This document shows, piece by piece, positions 26,359-36,635 of a stretch of DNA of 64,000 nt. The translations under genes and the position numbers were made by a program. The stretch is from Nitrospira sp. (GTDB taxonomy: Bacteria; Nitrospirota; Thermodesulfovibrionia; UBA6902), in assembly GCA_016784355.1 (NCBI GenBank), contig JADHUV010000006.1:28372-92371 (forward strand). Direction: 5' to 3'. Each line of letters starts with the position of its first letter. Positions within the stretch are counted from its first letter, which is position 1. The notes beneath the pieces were generated by a model that worked only from the letters and a program-made list of their open reading frames with translations, had not been told where the DNA came from and did not search any database.

Positions 26359-28257
26359 ATGCAAGGGGATGGCTTTTTCTTTCAGGCATTTGTGTATCTT
26401 ACGGCAGCAGTGGTCTCTGTGCCCATTGCAAAAAAGGCCGGGCTTGGATCAGTCCTCGGATATCTGCTGGCCGGAATTATAATAGGTCCTTTCGGTTTGA
26501 GCTTTACAGGTCAGGGCGGACAGGATGTGATGCATTTTGCAGAGTTCGGTGTTGTAATGATGCTCTTTCTGATTGGCCTGGAATTGCAGCCTTCATTGCT
26601 TTGGCGGCTCCGGGGACCAATCCTTGGAATGGGCGGTCTTCAGGTAGGGCTGAGTGTAGCCCTGATAACCTCAATGGCGATGTTGATGGGGATGACATTT
26701 AAGGTCTCTCTTGCCATAGGCATGACTCTTGCGCTTTCCTCAACGGCGATTGTGCTTCAGACTTTGAAAGAGAAGAGTCTTATGAAGACTGATGCGGGGC
26801 AGAGCTCTTTTGCTGTTCTGCTATTTCAGGATATTGCTGTCATACCGATGCTGGCAATAATGCCATTGCTTGCTTCTGCCGATTTAGCCGATACCCACAT
26901 ACAGGCTGGACATAACGGAACTGTCTGGATAGACGGTCTTCCGGGCTGGGGACATGCACTTGCTGTAATAGCGGTTATAGCGGCCATTATCCTGGCAGGG
27001 ATGTTTCTCGTCCGGCCATTTTTCAGGGCCATCGCAAAGACACAGCTAAGAGAATTATTTACTGCAGCAGCCCTGCTGCTTGTAATAGGGATAGCGCTGT
27101 TAATGTCAAAGGTTGGACTTAGTCCTGCACTGGGAACATTTCTGGCGGGAGTAGTATTGGCAAATAGTGAGTACAGACATGAACTTGAGGGAGATATAGA
27201 ACCTTTCAAGGGCTTACTGCTAGGTCTGTTTTTTATTGCGGTCGGGTCATCGATTGATTTTGGACTCATTTCTTCCAATCCCGGACAGATAGGACTGATA
27301 GTGGGTGGTCTGATGTGTGCAAAGCTGGTGATATTACTTGTTCTAGGCAGGGTGTTTAAGATGGGCAACGATCAAAACATACTCTTTGCATTTTCTCTGG
27401 CACAGGGCGGCGAGTTTGCATTTGTGCTGTTTTCATTTGCCGTACAGAATAATGTTTTTAGTGAAAGTCTGGCCAATCCCTTAATAGCTGCAGTTGCAAT
27501 TTCTATGGCTTTAACTCCTCTTCTGCTTCTCGTCAATGAAAAAGTCTTTCAGCCGCGCTTTGGTACAAAAGAAAGCGAGTCACGCGAGGCGGATAAGATT
27601 GATGAAGAAAATCCTGTTATTATTGCGGGATTCGGCAATTTCGGAAGTATCATCGGTAGGCTTCTCAGAGCCAATGATGTAAGCATAACAGTCCTTGAAC
27701 AGGATTCTGATAAAGTGGAATTGCTGCGAAAGCTTGGCCTTAAAGTATTTTACGGCAATGCCGCACGTCATGACCTCCTGCATTCAGCAGGGGCTGAGAA
27801 GGCTAAACTGCTGGTGCTGGCCGTAGGAGATAGTGAAAAAAATCTTGAAATCTGCAATGTCGCCAGAAAACACTTTCCGCATTTGATTATCTTTGCCCGT
27901 GCATCCGGCCGCTCACAGGCTTATGAACTTCTTGATGCAGGAATTGATCATGTTTACAGGGAGACACTTGATACCTCACTTAAGGCAGGCATAGATGTTT
28001 TGCGTGCTCTTGGGTTTAGATCTTATCATGCCCATCGCATAACTAAGACCTTCAGGCTTCATGATGAGGAATCTATTGATGAGCTGCGGCACCTGCGTCA
28101 TGACCAGAAAAAATATATCGGTCACGCACGGCAGCGAATAGAGGATCTGGAACAACTTTTATTATCCGAGCTTAAAGAGGCCCACGAACATCATGATGCC
28201 GGCTGGGATACCGTTTCTATGCGTGAGGAATTTGGCGGTAAGCAGGCGGATAAATAA
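26359..28257 (+). CDS. kefC: Glutathione-regulated potassium-efflux system protein (CPA2 antiporter + KTN/TrkA-N domain)
   Basis: 12-13 TM CPA2 core. 'IIAGFGNFGSIIGRLL' Rossmann KTN domain. Immediately follows kefG. Confidence 0.85.
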   Translation: MQGDGFFFQAFVYLTAAVVSVPIAKKAGLGSVLGYLLAGIIIGPFGLSFTGQGGQDVMHFAEFGVVMMLFLIGLELQPSLLWRLRGPILGMGGLQVGLSVALITSMAMLMGMTFKVSLAIGMTLALSSTAIVLQTLKEKSLMKTDAGQSSFAVLLFQDIAVIPMLAIMPLLASADLADTHIQAGHNGTVWIDGLPGWGHALAVIAVIAAIILAGMFLVRPFFRAIAKTQLRELFTAAALLLVIGIALLMSKVGLSPALGTFLAGVVLANSEYRHELEGDIEPFKGLLLGLFFIAVGSSIDFGLISSNPGQIGLIVGGLMCAKLVILLVLGRVFKMGNDQNILFAFSLAQGGEFAFVLFSFAVQNNVFSESLANPLIAAVAISMALTPLLLLVNEKVFQPRFGTKESESREADKIDEENPVIIAGFGNFGSIIGRLLRANDVSITVLEQDSDKVELLRKLGLKVFYGNAARHDLLHSAGAEKAKLLVLAVGDSEKNLEICNVARKHFPHLIIFARASGRSQAYELLDAGIDHVYRETLDTSLKAGIDVLRALGFRSYHAHRITKTFRLHDEESIDELRHLRHDQKKYIGHARQRIEDLEQLLLSELKEAHEHHDAGWDTVSMREEFGGKQADK

Positions 28258-28278
28258 AATTGCTATTGGATCATTGCT

Positions 28279-29856
28279 GTGTATTTTAGAATCAGTAATC
28301 TGCAGATTCCCATTGAAAAAGACGGAAATGATGAATATTTAAATGCCGCTTCAGAAAAGACAGGAACGGACGCAGAGCATATTTCTATCATAAAAATTCT
28401 AAGTAAGGCTCTTGATATACGTGATGAGGAGCAGTTTTATTATAAAGTTTCACTTGTAATCAGTATTGAAAATTACTTTTGCAATACTCATAAACTTCCC
28501 GTCTACACTGAAGATACTGAAACACTCAAAAAAAAGGCACACCTTAAGGCGAGACCGATAATTGTCGGTTTTGGTCCTGCCGGAATGTTTGCAGCCCTTG
28601 AGCTTTTAGAGCAGGGGATTAAACCTTTGATATTTGAAAGAGGCAAAGCGATCGAGGATCGTTCAGTTGATGTTCAGAGGTTCATAAAGAAAAGGGAATT
28701 AGATCCTGAATCTAATATTCAGTTTGGTGAGGGAGGAGCAGGTTCATACTCGGACGGGAAACTTTTTTCCAGGCGGGATAATAATACCAGCCATGTAAAT
28801 CATGTGCTGCAAACGTTTATTAAGTTTGGTGCGCCTGAGGACATAGGCTATATCAGCAAGCCGCACCTCGGGACAGATCTGCTTTGTAAAATAGTCCGTA
28901 ATATAAGACTCTATATTCTTGAAAATGGCGGGGAGATATATTATGGATCAAAGATGACGGACATACTGATATCTGATGGAAAGGCCGCAGGTATCATAGT
29001 CAATGGTGAGAGGGAATATCCTGCCTCACATATCTATCTTGCGCTTGGACATTCTGCGCGCGATACAGTTGAGATGATGCATCACAAAGGTGTGGCTATA
29101 GAGCAGAGGCAGATCTCAGTCGGGGTGAGAATTGAGCATCAGGCTGCCACTATTAATCGCATGAGATATCGAGATAAATATAAGGATTATCCTGGGTTAG
29201 GGGCTGCGACTTATTCTTTAAATTATACGAATCGGAAAATTCGAAGGGGAGTATATACATTTTGCATGTGCCCCGGGGGTGAGGTGGTTAATGCTTCCTC
29301 TGAGCAGGGCATGCTGGTTTTAAATGGGATGAGTTACTCTCGCAGGGCATCTCCATATTCTAATTCAGCATTGATTGTAAGTTGTCATGAAGATGATTAT
29401 AAATCAACAGGTCCAATGGCAGGCATAGAGTTTCAAAAGGATCTTGAGCGCAAAGCCTTTATTGCCGGAGGGAATAATTGGGAAGTGCCCGCGCAGAATT
29501 TAATGAATTTTCTGGGTGTAAGTAAGTCTGCTGAACTGAAAGAGTGCTCGTACAAAATGGGTGTTGTTTCCGCAGATATGAACGATATTTTTCCAGGTTT
29601 TGTGATTGAAGAGATGAAGTCCGCCTTTTGCAAATGGAAAGAAGAAGTCCCGTTATTTGTGACTGATCAGGCAATGTTGCTGGCAGCTGAAACGAGGGCC
29701 TCATCCCCGGTCAGGATTAAGCGTAATGATAATTTTGAATCGGTAAGTATAAAAAATCTGTATCCGATCGGTGAGGGTTCAGGCTATGCGGGCGGCATAA
29801 CCAGTTCTGCGGTGGATGCTATAAAGGCGATTGAGCGTCATCTGAACTATGAGTAA
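28279..29856 (+). CDS. FAD-dependent oxidoreductase of unknown function (COG2509-like)
   Basis: 'IIVGFGPAGMFAALEL' FAD fold preceded by an N-terminal domain of about 90 aa. GTG start. Confidence 0.65.
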   Translation: MYFRISNLQIPIEKDGNDEYLNAASEKTGTDAEHISIIKILSKALDIRDEEQFYYKVSLVISIENYFCNTHKLPVYTEDTETLKKKAHLKARPIIVGFGPAGMFAALELLEQGIKPLIFERGKAIEDRSVDVQRFIKKRELDPESNIQFGEGGAGSYSDGKLFSRRDNNTSHVNHVLQTFIKFGAPEDIGYISKPHLGTDLLCKIVRNIRLYILENGGEIYYGSKMTDILISDGKAAGIIVNGEREYPASHIYLALGHSARDTVEMMHHKGVAIEQRQISVGVRIEHQAATINRMRYRDKYKDYPGLGAATYSLNYTNRKIRRGVYTFCMCPGGEVVNASSEQGMLVLNGMSYSRRASPYSNSALIVSCHEDDYKSTGPMAGIEFQKDLERKAFIAGGNNWEVPAQNLMNFLGVSKSAELKECSYKMGVVSADMNDIFPGFVIEEMKSAFCKWKEEVPLFVTDQAMLLAAETRASSPVRIKRNDNFESVSIKNLYPIGEGSGYAGGITSSAVDAIKAIERHLNYE

Positions 29857-29894
29857 GACGCGATGCAGTCAGGTGTTAAAATGTGTGCGGAAGG

Positions 29895-30389
29895 TCAGAT
29901 ATTTATAAATGTGGCATGTACCCGCTTTGATTTAAGAAAGTAAGGGATGCCGGCTGCTGTCATGAAAATGGCTGCTGTAAGCCCAGAATATTCGGCGAGA
30001 TTTATCTCGTTAAATGACATATAGGTCAGGGAAAGATTAGCTATTATAACCAGCAGGTGTATGGTTAGAAAAGCAATTATCATGAGCGGAAGGTCTTGTT
30101 TTTTCTTGAAAAAATGTATTGCTGTGTAAATTCCCAGTACGAGCTGAACCGCAACGATCATGGTTTGTGCAATCATTGCTGCATGTGCCCCTGGATATTC
30201 TGCCAGTGTCGCAATGATTTGAGTATCGGTTATCAGTTTAATATTAATCCCTAAAAAACCTGCCAGTATTAAAGGTGTCGTAATCATACTTACGGCCGGC
30301 AGGAGCAGCCATCCTTTTATTCCTGTTGTATTATTATTTTGAATGATCATTGAAACCTCCCGGCAGTCTGCTGCACTTTTATGCGTCAT
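29895..30389 (-). CDS. Hypothetical integral membrane protein (4-5 TM)
   Basis: Hydrophobicity pattern only. Confidence 0.45.
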   Translation of the reverse strand: MTHKSAADCREVSMIIQNNNTTGIKGWLLLPAVSMITTPLILAGFLGINIKLITDTQIIATLAEYPGAHAAMIAQTMIVAVQLVLGIYTAIHFFKKKQDLPLMIIAFLTIHLLVIIANLSLTYMSFNEINLAEYSGLTAAIFMTAAGIPYFLKSKRVHATFINI

Positions 30390-30465
30390 GTCTGATTATA
30401 ATGCAGCGGCGTGAAGAACCCTGTGATTTAGGTCACTTTATAATATGGATTGTGAATGGAGGAGC

Positions 30466-31590
30466 TTAATTTGAGGCTTGTGTTAATCTGGCGACCTGAA
30501 CTATTTCATTCATTATTGACTGATACTTCTCATCGCTGTAACTGCTGGCTTCACTAAGAGCGATGGATAACGGATCAGTTTCAGATATAAGGCATTTGTT
30601 GATAAAAAGTTCAAGCAGTTCAGGATCCAATACGCTGCCTCCCATGGATGTGAGCATTTTTACTGCCTCCTCTTTGCTCGATTTATCACGGTAGGGCCGG
30701 TTGCTTGTGATGGCATCATAGATGTCCGCCATGGTTACTATTCTTGCCTCTAAGGGGATTTCTTCTGCCCTTAGTTTCTCCGGGTAGCCGGTTCCGTCAA
30801 AGCGTTCGTGGTGGTAGCATATGATATTTACAATACGCTCTGAAAGTCCGATATGCCTGGCCACATTCGCTCCCCGTACCGGATGCTCTCTTATGAGTGT
30901 TTGTTCTTTATGGTCTAGAGGTCCATTTTTATTGAGAATATGTGCTGGTATGTGAATCTTTCCCAGGTCATGCAGGGCGCTTCCGTATTTGATATCCTTT
31001 TTTTCTTCCGTGCTCATTTTAGCTGCATTCGCGAGCATCAGTGAATAAACAGCCACCCTGTCACAGTGTCCGAGTGTGTAGAGATCCTTCAGTTCAACTG
31101 CCTGAACCATTGAAAGCAGGGCAGCCTTATTTTCCGTGTGAAGTGAACATGCAAGCTGGTGTTGTTTAATTACCTCTATAACATTTTTAAACAGGTGATC
31201 CCCTGTCCATGGCTTCATGATCACCCTTGAGACTATGCCGTTGTTAATTGCATCTATAGCAGTCCTCAGGTCGGCATCTGTCGTAATAAGGATTCCCATT
31301 GTTTTCGGAGAAATCTCTCTTATGTACTCGAGCAAGTCAATCCCTCTAGTATCAGGCAGATCATTATCAGAAACTATCACGGCAATTTTTTCACTTCTAA
31401 TGATCTTAAGGGCATCCTTAGCATTTTCAGCCTTAAGCAGACGTAGTCCACTGTCTGAAAATAGAGTTTCCGCGGCCTTTAATATATAGTGTCTATCCCC
31501 TGTAAACAGGATAGTCCCTGATAATGCTGGCTCTATGTTGAAAAAATAGTTCATAAATTTTACACTGCTTGTCCTGGCATATGTAAACAT
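30466..31590 (-). CDS. Response regulator with HD-GYP c-di-GMP phosphodiesterase domain
   Basis: Receiver 'IAVIVSDNDLPDTRGIDLL'. 'HDLGKIHIP' and 'HHERFDGTGYP' HD-GYP signatures. Confidence 0.85.
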   Translation of the reverse strand: MFTYARTSSVKFMNYFFNIEPALSGTILFTGDRHYILKAAETLFSDSGLRLLKAENAKDALKIIRSEKIAVIVSDNDLPDTRGIDLLEYIREISPKTMGILITTDADLRTAIDAINNGIVSRVIMKPWTGDHLFKNVIEVIKQHQLACSLHTENKAALLSMVQAVELKDLYTLGHCDRVAVYSLMLANAAKMSTEEKKDIKYGSALHDLGKIHIPAHILNKNGPLDHKEQTLIREHPVRGANVARHIGLSERIVNIICYHHERFDGTGYPEKLRAEEIPLEARIVTMADIYDAITSNRPYRDKSSKEEAVKMLTSMGGSVLDPELLELFINKCLISETDPLSIALSEASSYSDEKYQSIMNEIVQVARLTQASN

Positions 31591-31710
31591 AACTATCGGT
31601 TATGGGAATGGGTTTCTTGAGTCTATTTTTAAGAGGTCTCAAAAAAAGCCAATAATCAGGGGATAGACTGTTTTATAATATGGATTCTAAAGTGAAAAGG
31701 AGAGGTGATT

Positions 31711-32175
31711 ATGATTTACGATCGTATTGAGAATTTTGGAATATACATGGCTATTGATTCCGGTATGGCTGACATCCTGAGGTTTATCGAGGAGAAAAGC
31801 CTCTCAGAGCGCAAGGACGGCAGGTATGAGATTAACAGTAGCGGCGCGTTTGTGATAATAGAGAGCTACGATACACTGGACATTAGTGATTGCTTTATTG
31901 AATGTCACAGAAAATACATAGATGTTCAGGTCCTTATAAGTGGTTATGAGAGTGTGGGGGTTTGTCATAAAGTCAATTGCCAGGACGGAGTTTATGACGA
32001 AGAAAAAGATTATGAAAAGTTGGAAGGGGCAGGCGATCTGCTGTGTTTTGACGAAGGCAGCTTTATGGTTTTCTTTCCCGAGGACGGACATATGCCCAAG
32101 ATTATGGATGATGTTAAACCGGTTCGGGTACGCAAGGCGGTCTTTAAGCTGCCTATAGCAGAAGGGGTTAAATAG
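31711..32175 (+). CDS. YhcH/YjgK/YiaL (DUF386) family protein
   Basis: 'GRYEIN', 'YIDVQVLISG', 'GHMP' align with E. coli YhcH from memory. RBS AAAGGAGAGG 5 nt upstream of ATG 31711. Confidence 0.7.
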   Translation: MIYDRIENFGIYMAIDSGMADILRFIEEKSLSERKDGRYEINSSGAFVIIESYDTLDISDCFIECHRKYIDVQVLISGYESVGVCHKVNCQDGVYDEEKDYEKLEGAGDLLCFDEGSFMVFFPEDGHMPKIMDDVKPVRVRKAVFKLPIAEGVK

Positions 32176-32180
32176 ATAAT

Positions 32181-32399
32181 ATGAGGATCGTAAAGGTTAG
32201 TGCAGTGCCTATTGAGCTTTTCAAGGTCATGAAATTTGGTAATATGGCAGATAGTGGAGGTGAGGCCAAGTCTGTTATCTCAGACGGTCTTGTCATGGTC
32301 AATGGTGAGGTGGAGACGCGTAAGCGGAAGAAGATTCATTCAGGTGATATTATTGCATATGAGGGTGATTCAGTAAGAGTTGAAATTGCTGCAGAATAA
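32181..32399 (+). CDS. S4-domain RNA-binding protein (YbcJ-like)
   Basis: 72 aa. 'SGGEAKSVISDGLVMVNGEVETRKRKKIHSGDII' S4 motif. Confidence 0.7.
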   Translation: MRIVKVSAVPIELFKVMKFGNMADSGGEAKSVISDGLVMVNGEVETRKRKKIHSGDIIAYEGDSVRVEIAAE

Positions 32400-32414
32400 T
32401 TTAAAGGGAATTAA

Positions 32415-32588
32415 ATGATTGAGAGTGATGTAACTGTGCTTGATATGGAAGAAGAGTTCAGGATCTGCCCGGCCTGTGGATATAAGGATGGTTTCCACTC
32501 TATGTTTCGAAGGGATGGCGAGATAATGAAGTGGCTTTTTATATGTCCCTCCTGTCACAAAATCTTCGATATTGGATTAAAGGCATAA
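32415..32588 (+). CDS. Small zinc-ribbon protein (57 aa), below the ORF-track cutoff
   Basis: ATG with AAGGGA 5 nt upstream. 'CPACG...CPSCH' four-Cys ribbon. Tightly packed between the S4 gene and the M23 gene. Confidence 0.5.
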   Translation: MIESDVTVLDMEEEFRICPACGYKDGFHSMFRRDGEIMKWLFICPSCHKIFDIGLKA

Positions 32589-32591
32589 GTG

Positions 32592-33410
32592 ATGAATATG
32601 AAATTGATAAGTTTGATATTAATTGTGACAGCCGCATTACTGACAAATGCCTGTCGGACTGCTGAAGAGCGGAAGGATGTGCAGCGAAATATGAAAAAAT
32701 TCGGGCAGGCTTTATCTCTGGCTGAGCAGGAGGCTATTGGCCTGATCAGTACAGGTTTGCAGCCGGTTTACCCGATTGATGCGAAATGCGATGAGGTTGT
32801 ATCCTTCTTTGCGGATCAGACACGTTATGATGGAAGTTTACGTGTCACAAGCGCTAACAATGGTCGTCATGGAGGTATTGATATCTCGCTGCCTATAGGC
32901 ACTCCTATTATGGCGATTGCTGATGGTACGGTTATAAAAAAGGCCCGAGGCGGACAGATGATTGGATTCATGATAATGCTTCAGCATACGCCCGAAGATA
33001 CGGGCTTGCCTGTATGGACATTTTCCAAGTATCAGCATTTCAATCGTATGCCTTATCCAGAGGTTGGAGTCAGGGTGAAGATGGGTGATGTTATCGGTGT
33101 ATCCGGGCAGTCCGGCACTACGGGAGGTCATTACGGAGATGCCGGATATCCGCATCTGCACATGAATGTATATATGAATGATACCGGAAAATTTAAGACA
33201 AAGGACACGTCTCATAAGGTCGGTATCAAAGATAAAAAGTATGTTGACCCTCTAGCTGTATATCACGGGAGTAATCTTGACAGTCACGAACTGATCGCGC
33301 TTCCGGTCGAAAAAAAGAGATTCAGCATCCCTTACACGATAGAGACCGGAGTGATTGAGCCGAAAGGGACAAGGTTTCTCTGGCCGGTTGCCTGTAAACC
33401 GCTTAGATGA
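32592..33410 (+). CDS. M23 family metallopeptidase lipoprotein (LytM domain)
   Basis: Lipobox 'LLTNAC'. 'HGGIDISLPIGTPIMAIADGTV' and 'HLHMNV' M23 motifs. Confidence 0.85.
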   Translation: MNMKLISLILIVTAALLTNACRTAEERKDVQRNMKKFGQALSLAEQEAIGLISTGLQPVYPIDAKCDEVVSFFADQTRYDGSLRVTSANNGRHGGIDISLPIGTPIMAIADGTVIKKARGGQMIGFMIMLQHTPEDTGLPVWTFSKYQHFNRMPYPEVGVRVKMGDVIGVSGQSGTTGGHYGDAGYPHLHMNVYMNDTGKFKTKDTSHKVGIKDKKYVDPLAVYHGSNLDSHELIALPVEKKRFSIPYTIETGVIEPKGTRFLWPVACKPLR

Positions 33411-33448
33411 AGTGATGAAGTGCGGTAATCGCTAATTCAATTGAGTCC

Positions 33449-33808
33449 TTAAATTAAAGATGATTTTATTATTGACCCATCAATAGTATCCTTCTCCTGA
33501 AGAATAAATTTGTCCTCAATGCTGGACCATGCCTTTGGTAATAATTGTGTAACTTTATTGGCTGTTAAAGGGATATTGATTATCTTTCTAGTCGCCTTTA
33601 TGCCATTAATACGCGTCTCGACATTAAGATCAAAAAGTGAGTTACCCCCCTTGTTATCGATAATTAATGAGCCGTCCATTTTATTTAATTGTATTGATAC
33701 CGGCATCTCGCGCTTTACTAAAATGTTTTTTACTTCAAATAAATGATAATCACCGCTGTTGGACAATTTGCAATCAGCGTCTATAGTTGTTTGTTGAGAA
33801 ATTATCAT
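33449..33808 (-). CDS. Hypothetical protein (119 aa)
   Basis: ORF only. No clear family. A weak resemblance to PilZ is not supported. Confidence 0.35.
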   Translation of the reverse strand: MIISQQTTIDADCKLSNSGDYHLFEVKNILVKREMPVSIQLNKMDGSLIIDNKGGNSLFDLNVETRINGIKATRKIINIPLTANKVTQLLPKAWSSIEDKFILQEKDTIDGSIIKSSLI

Positions 33809-34049
33809 CGATATTTTGTCTAAAGAATGGCATGCGCGCTATTGTGTCATCTTACTAAACGGTATTTGATGCAAAGTGTATTAATTGATTATATGTAGTC
33901 TGCACCGACAAGTGTATTATTTCTAATTTTTCTTTAACCTCTTAATTTTAAAATTTAAATTAGGTCCCGGACTTCAGTTGATTCGGAATACCTTACACTG
34001 CTGTTTTATTGCCTCGAAAAATAATCTTTTAAATTCAATAGTTAGGTAT

Positions 34050-34065
34050 TGGCATGGTATATGCA
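34050..34065 (+). promoter_or_regulatory. Putative sigma-54 (-24/-12) promoter TGGCAT-N5-ATGCA
   Basis: GG and GC dinucleotides with 10-nt spacing, 105 nt upstream of the PEP-CTERM gene. Confidence 0.35.
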
Positions 34066-34170
34066 GAAACATTGGTGTATATCTATTAAGAGAGGAGTGA
34101 AGGGGGTATAGTTTAATTGTATTGAACTGAAATCTTTAGGATTGGTTTGTAAAAAGGAGGAATAGCCTAA

Positions 34171-34974
34171 ATGAAAACGTATAGATACATATTGCTTACA
34201 TTGAGAATGGTTGTAGTATGCTTTGTATTATCATTGGGAATGGCTTTTACTTCATCTGCCCTTATTTATGATGTGACTATAGACGGCAGTGATGCCATAT
34301 TTATCGCCGGCAGGACGGACGTTCCGATTCCTGCGCTGGATGGTAATCCGAATGCATATATATTGAGGAGGCATGGATTTATAACGCCAGAGGCTATTGT
34401 AGAGACACTTCCGCCTGTTATCTCAGTAGTAGCCGGTGATGTCGTTAAGGTGGCTGATGCGGCTGTAGGAGGGGTAAGTTTTTTCAATGGTGTCGGCGCT
34501 CCGTTTTTTGGTCCGGGAGGCAATGGGGTCAGCGGCAGTAACCTCTCAAGTCTCGGGGGAATAAGCGGCTACATAGGGCCTCAGGGTCCTTTAACCGGGG
34601 TTTTTCTGAATAATAATATTCCGAATATTGGACCGGCTCCCGCTACGCTTGATTTCAGTCTCGGGGGGCTGGGTATAAATTTTCTTTCTCTGACACCGGG
34701 ACTGGGACAGATTTTTTATATTGGCGATGGTCTGACAGATGCGGCGCTCTTTCAGAGCTTTACAGCACCGGTTGGAGCTACTCGTCTCTTTTTGGGTATA
34801 CCTGACGGGTTTGGTTTTGTAGGAGTTCCCGGGGCATATGATGATAATGACGGGGCTTACAGGGTAAGGATAGGAGTGAATGAGACACCGATCATCCCTG
34901 AGCCATCGACAGTGCTGCTGCTTGGCAGCGGTTTGATTGCTGCTGTAGTTCTGAGAAGGAAAATCTCAGGGTAA
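34171..34974 (+). CDS. PEP-CTERM sorting-domain secreted protein, Gly-rich
   Basis: AGGAGG RBS. Signal peptide. C-terminus '[22 protein letters not shown]' is the canonical PEP-CTERM motif + TM + basic tail. Confidence 0.85.
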   Translation: MKTYRYILLTLRMVVVCFVLSLGMAFTSSALIYDVTIDGSDAIFIAGRTDVPIPALDGNPNAYILRRHGFITPEAIVETLPPVISVVAGDVVKVADAAVGGVSFFNGVGAPFFGPGGNGVSGSNLSSLGGISGYIGPQGPLTGVFLNNNIPNIGPAPATLDFSLGGLGINFLSLTPGLGQIFYIGDGLTDAALFQSFTAPVGATRLFLGIPDGFGFVGVPGAYDDNDGAYRVRIGVNETPIIPEPSTVLLLGSGLIAAVVLRRKISG

Positions 34975-35002
34975 TTAAGCATACTGTTTGTGGTTCAGTT
35001 AA

Positions 35003-35041
35003 AGGCAGGGCGATATTCGGCCCTGCCTTTTATTTTATTTC
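35003..35041 (+). terminator. Rho-independent terminator
   Basis: Stem AGGCAGGG...CCCTGCCT followed by TTTTATTTTATTT. Confidence 0.7.
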
Positions 35042-35093
35042 CACAGTAGATTTCCCCATATATCAGGTATCTTCAGTTTATCAGGATTATTCC

Positions 35094-36485
35094 GTGAACA
35101 TTTTTCCCCCATTGATGAACTATAATTATATCGATATGGAAAACTGGAATCTTTCAGCATGGAGACATAAGCCGGTTGCTCAGCAACCTGAATATCCCGA
35201 TATCTCAGCTTTAAGGAATATGGAGTCTCAGTTAAGTGCTGCTCCGCCGCTGGTCTTTGTAAATGAGATACAGGCGCTTAGCCGACAACTGGCGAGGGTT
35301 GCGGAGGGAAAGGCCTTTTTGCTTCAGGGTGGTGATTGTGCGGAGAGTTTTTCGGATTTTGAGGCGCAGAATATTCAGGATACCTGCAAGATAATATTGC
35401 AGATGGCGGTCGTGCTTGTATTTGCTGGAAGCTGTCCCGTGATTCAGGTGGGGAGACTTGCAGGGCAGTTTGCAAAACCCCGTTCGTCTAAGATGGAGAC
35501 CATAGATGGTCTGAAGTTGCCGGTTTATCGCGGGGATATGATTAATGATACAGCGTTTGATGAGTCTGCCCGCATTGCCGATCCTCAGCGTATGATGACG
35601 GCCTATAATCAGTCTGCTGTTACCCTTAATCTGCTCAGGGCCTTTACAAAGGGTGGGCTTGCTGATTTGCATCAGGTTCATCAGTGGAATCTTGAATTTG
35701 TAAAAGACAGTCCTGCCGGCGAAAAATTTCATGACCTTGCGGAGCGTATAGGTGAGGCGCTGGCCTTTATGGAGGCCTGTGGAGTTGCCTCTAAAGATAC
35801 TCCAAGCCTGCGTGAGACAACCATGTATACCTCGCATGAGGGGCTGCTTCTAAATTATGAAGAGGCCTTGACCAGGCAGGATTTAGAATTGGGTGATTGG
35901 TATGACTGCTCTGCCCATATGATATGGATAGGTGAGAGGACACGCCAGATGGATGGTGCGCACATAGAGTTTGCAAGAGGAATTAAAAATCCGTTAGGTG
36001 TGAAGGTTGGCCCCGGGATGGAGCCTGATGAACTGCTGCGGCTGGCGGAAGTCCTCAATCCTGAAAATGAAGCGGGACGTTTGACAATCATTACCCGTAT
36101 GGGGTCAGACAGGATCGCTGACAGACTGCCGCCCTTGATTAAATGCATCAGCAGGGAGGGTCTGAAAATTGTATGGAGTGTCGATCCCATGCATGGTAAT
36201 ACTGTGCAGGCCTCCAATGGTCTGAAGACCCGTTCCTTTGACCGGATATTAAGTGAGGTGCGGACATTTTTTGAAATTCATCGAGCAGAGGGGACATATC
36301 CCGGAGGGCTTCACTGCGAGATGACCGGCCAGAATGTAACAGAGTGCATAGGCGGGGCGCAGGCCATTACTGAACAGGAACTTATGAATAAATATATGAC
36401 CCGCTGCGATCCCCGATTAAATGCTGTCCAGTCGCTGGAGTTGGCATTTTTGGTATCAGAGTTTCTGAAAAAAGCACATGACTGA
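35094..36485 (+). CDS. 3-deoxy-7-phosphoheptulonate (DAHP) synthase, class II
   Basis: '[12 protein letters not shown]' and '[14 protein letters not shown]' class II AroA signatures. Start uncertain (GTG 35094, ATG 35115 or ATG 35136). Confidence 0.85.
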   Translation: MNIFPPLMNYNYIDMENWNLSAWRHKPVAQQPEYPDISALRNMESQLSAAPPLVFVNEIQALSRQLARVAEGKAFLLQGGDCAESFSDFEAQNIQDTCKIILQMAVVLVFAGSCPVIQVGRLAGQFAKPRSSKMETIDGLKLPVYRGDMINDTAFDESARIADPQRMMTAYNQSAVTLNLLRAFTKGGLADLHQVHQWNLEFVKDSPAGEKFHDLAERIGEALAFMEACGVASKDTPSLRETTMYTSHEGLLLNYEEALTRQDLELGDWYDCSAHMIWIGERTRQMDGAHIEFARGIKNPLGVKVGPGMEPDELLRLAEVLNPENEAGRLTIITRMGSDRIADRLPPLIKCISREGLKIVWSVDPMHGNTVQASNGLKTRSFDRILSEVRTFFEIHRAEGTYPGGLHCEMTGQNVTECIGGAQAITEQELMNKYMTRCDPRLNAVQSLELAFLVSEFLKKAHD

Positions 36486-36635
36486 TATTTGTTATGTTTT
36501 AGGTTATCTCCCATATGCATCTTTTTTAGGTCGTGTTCGGTGTATTATCAAGGTCGACAGGATATGAAAGTGGAAAATAATAGGTCCGGTATGCTGAAAA
36601 AAGAAATTCCAAGGAGAAGGTAGGAGCCTGAATAA

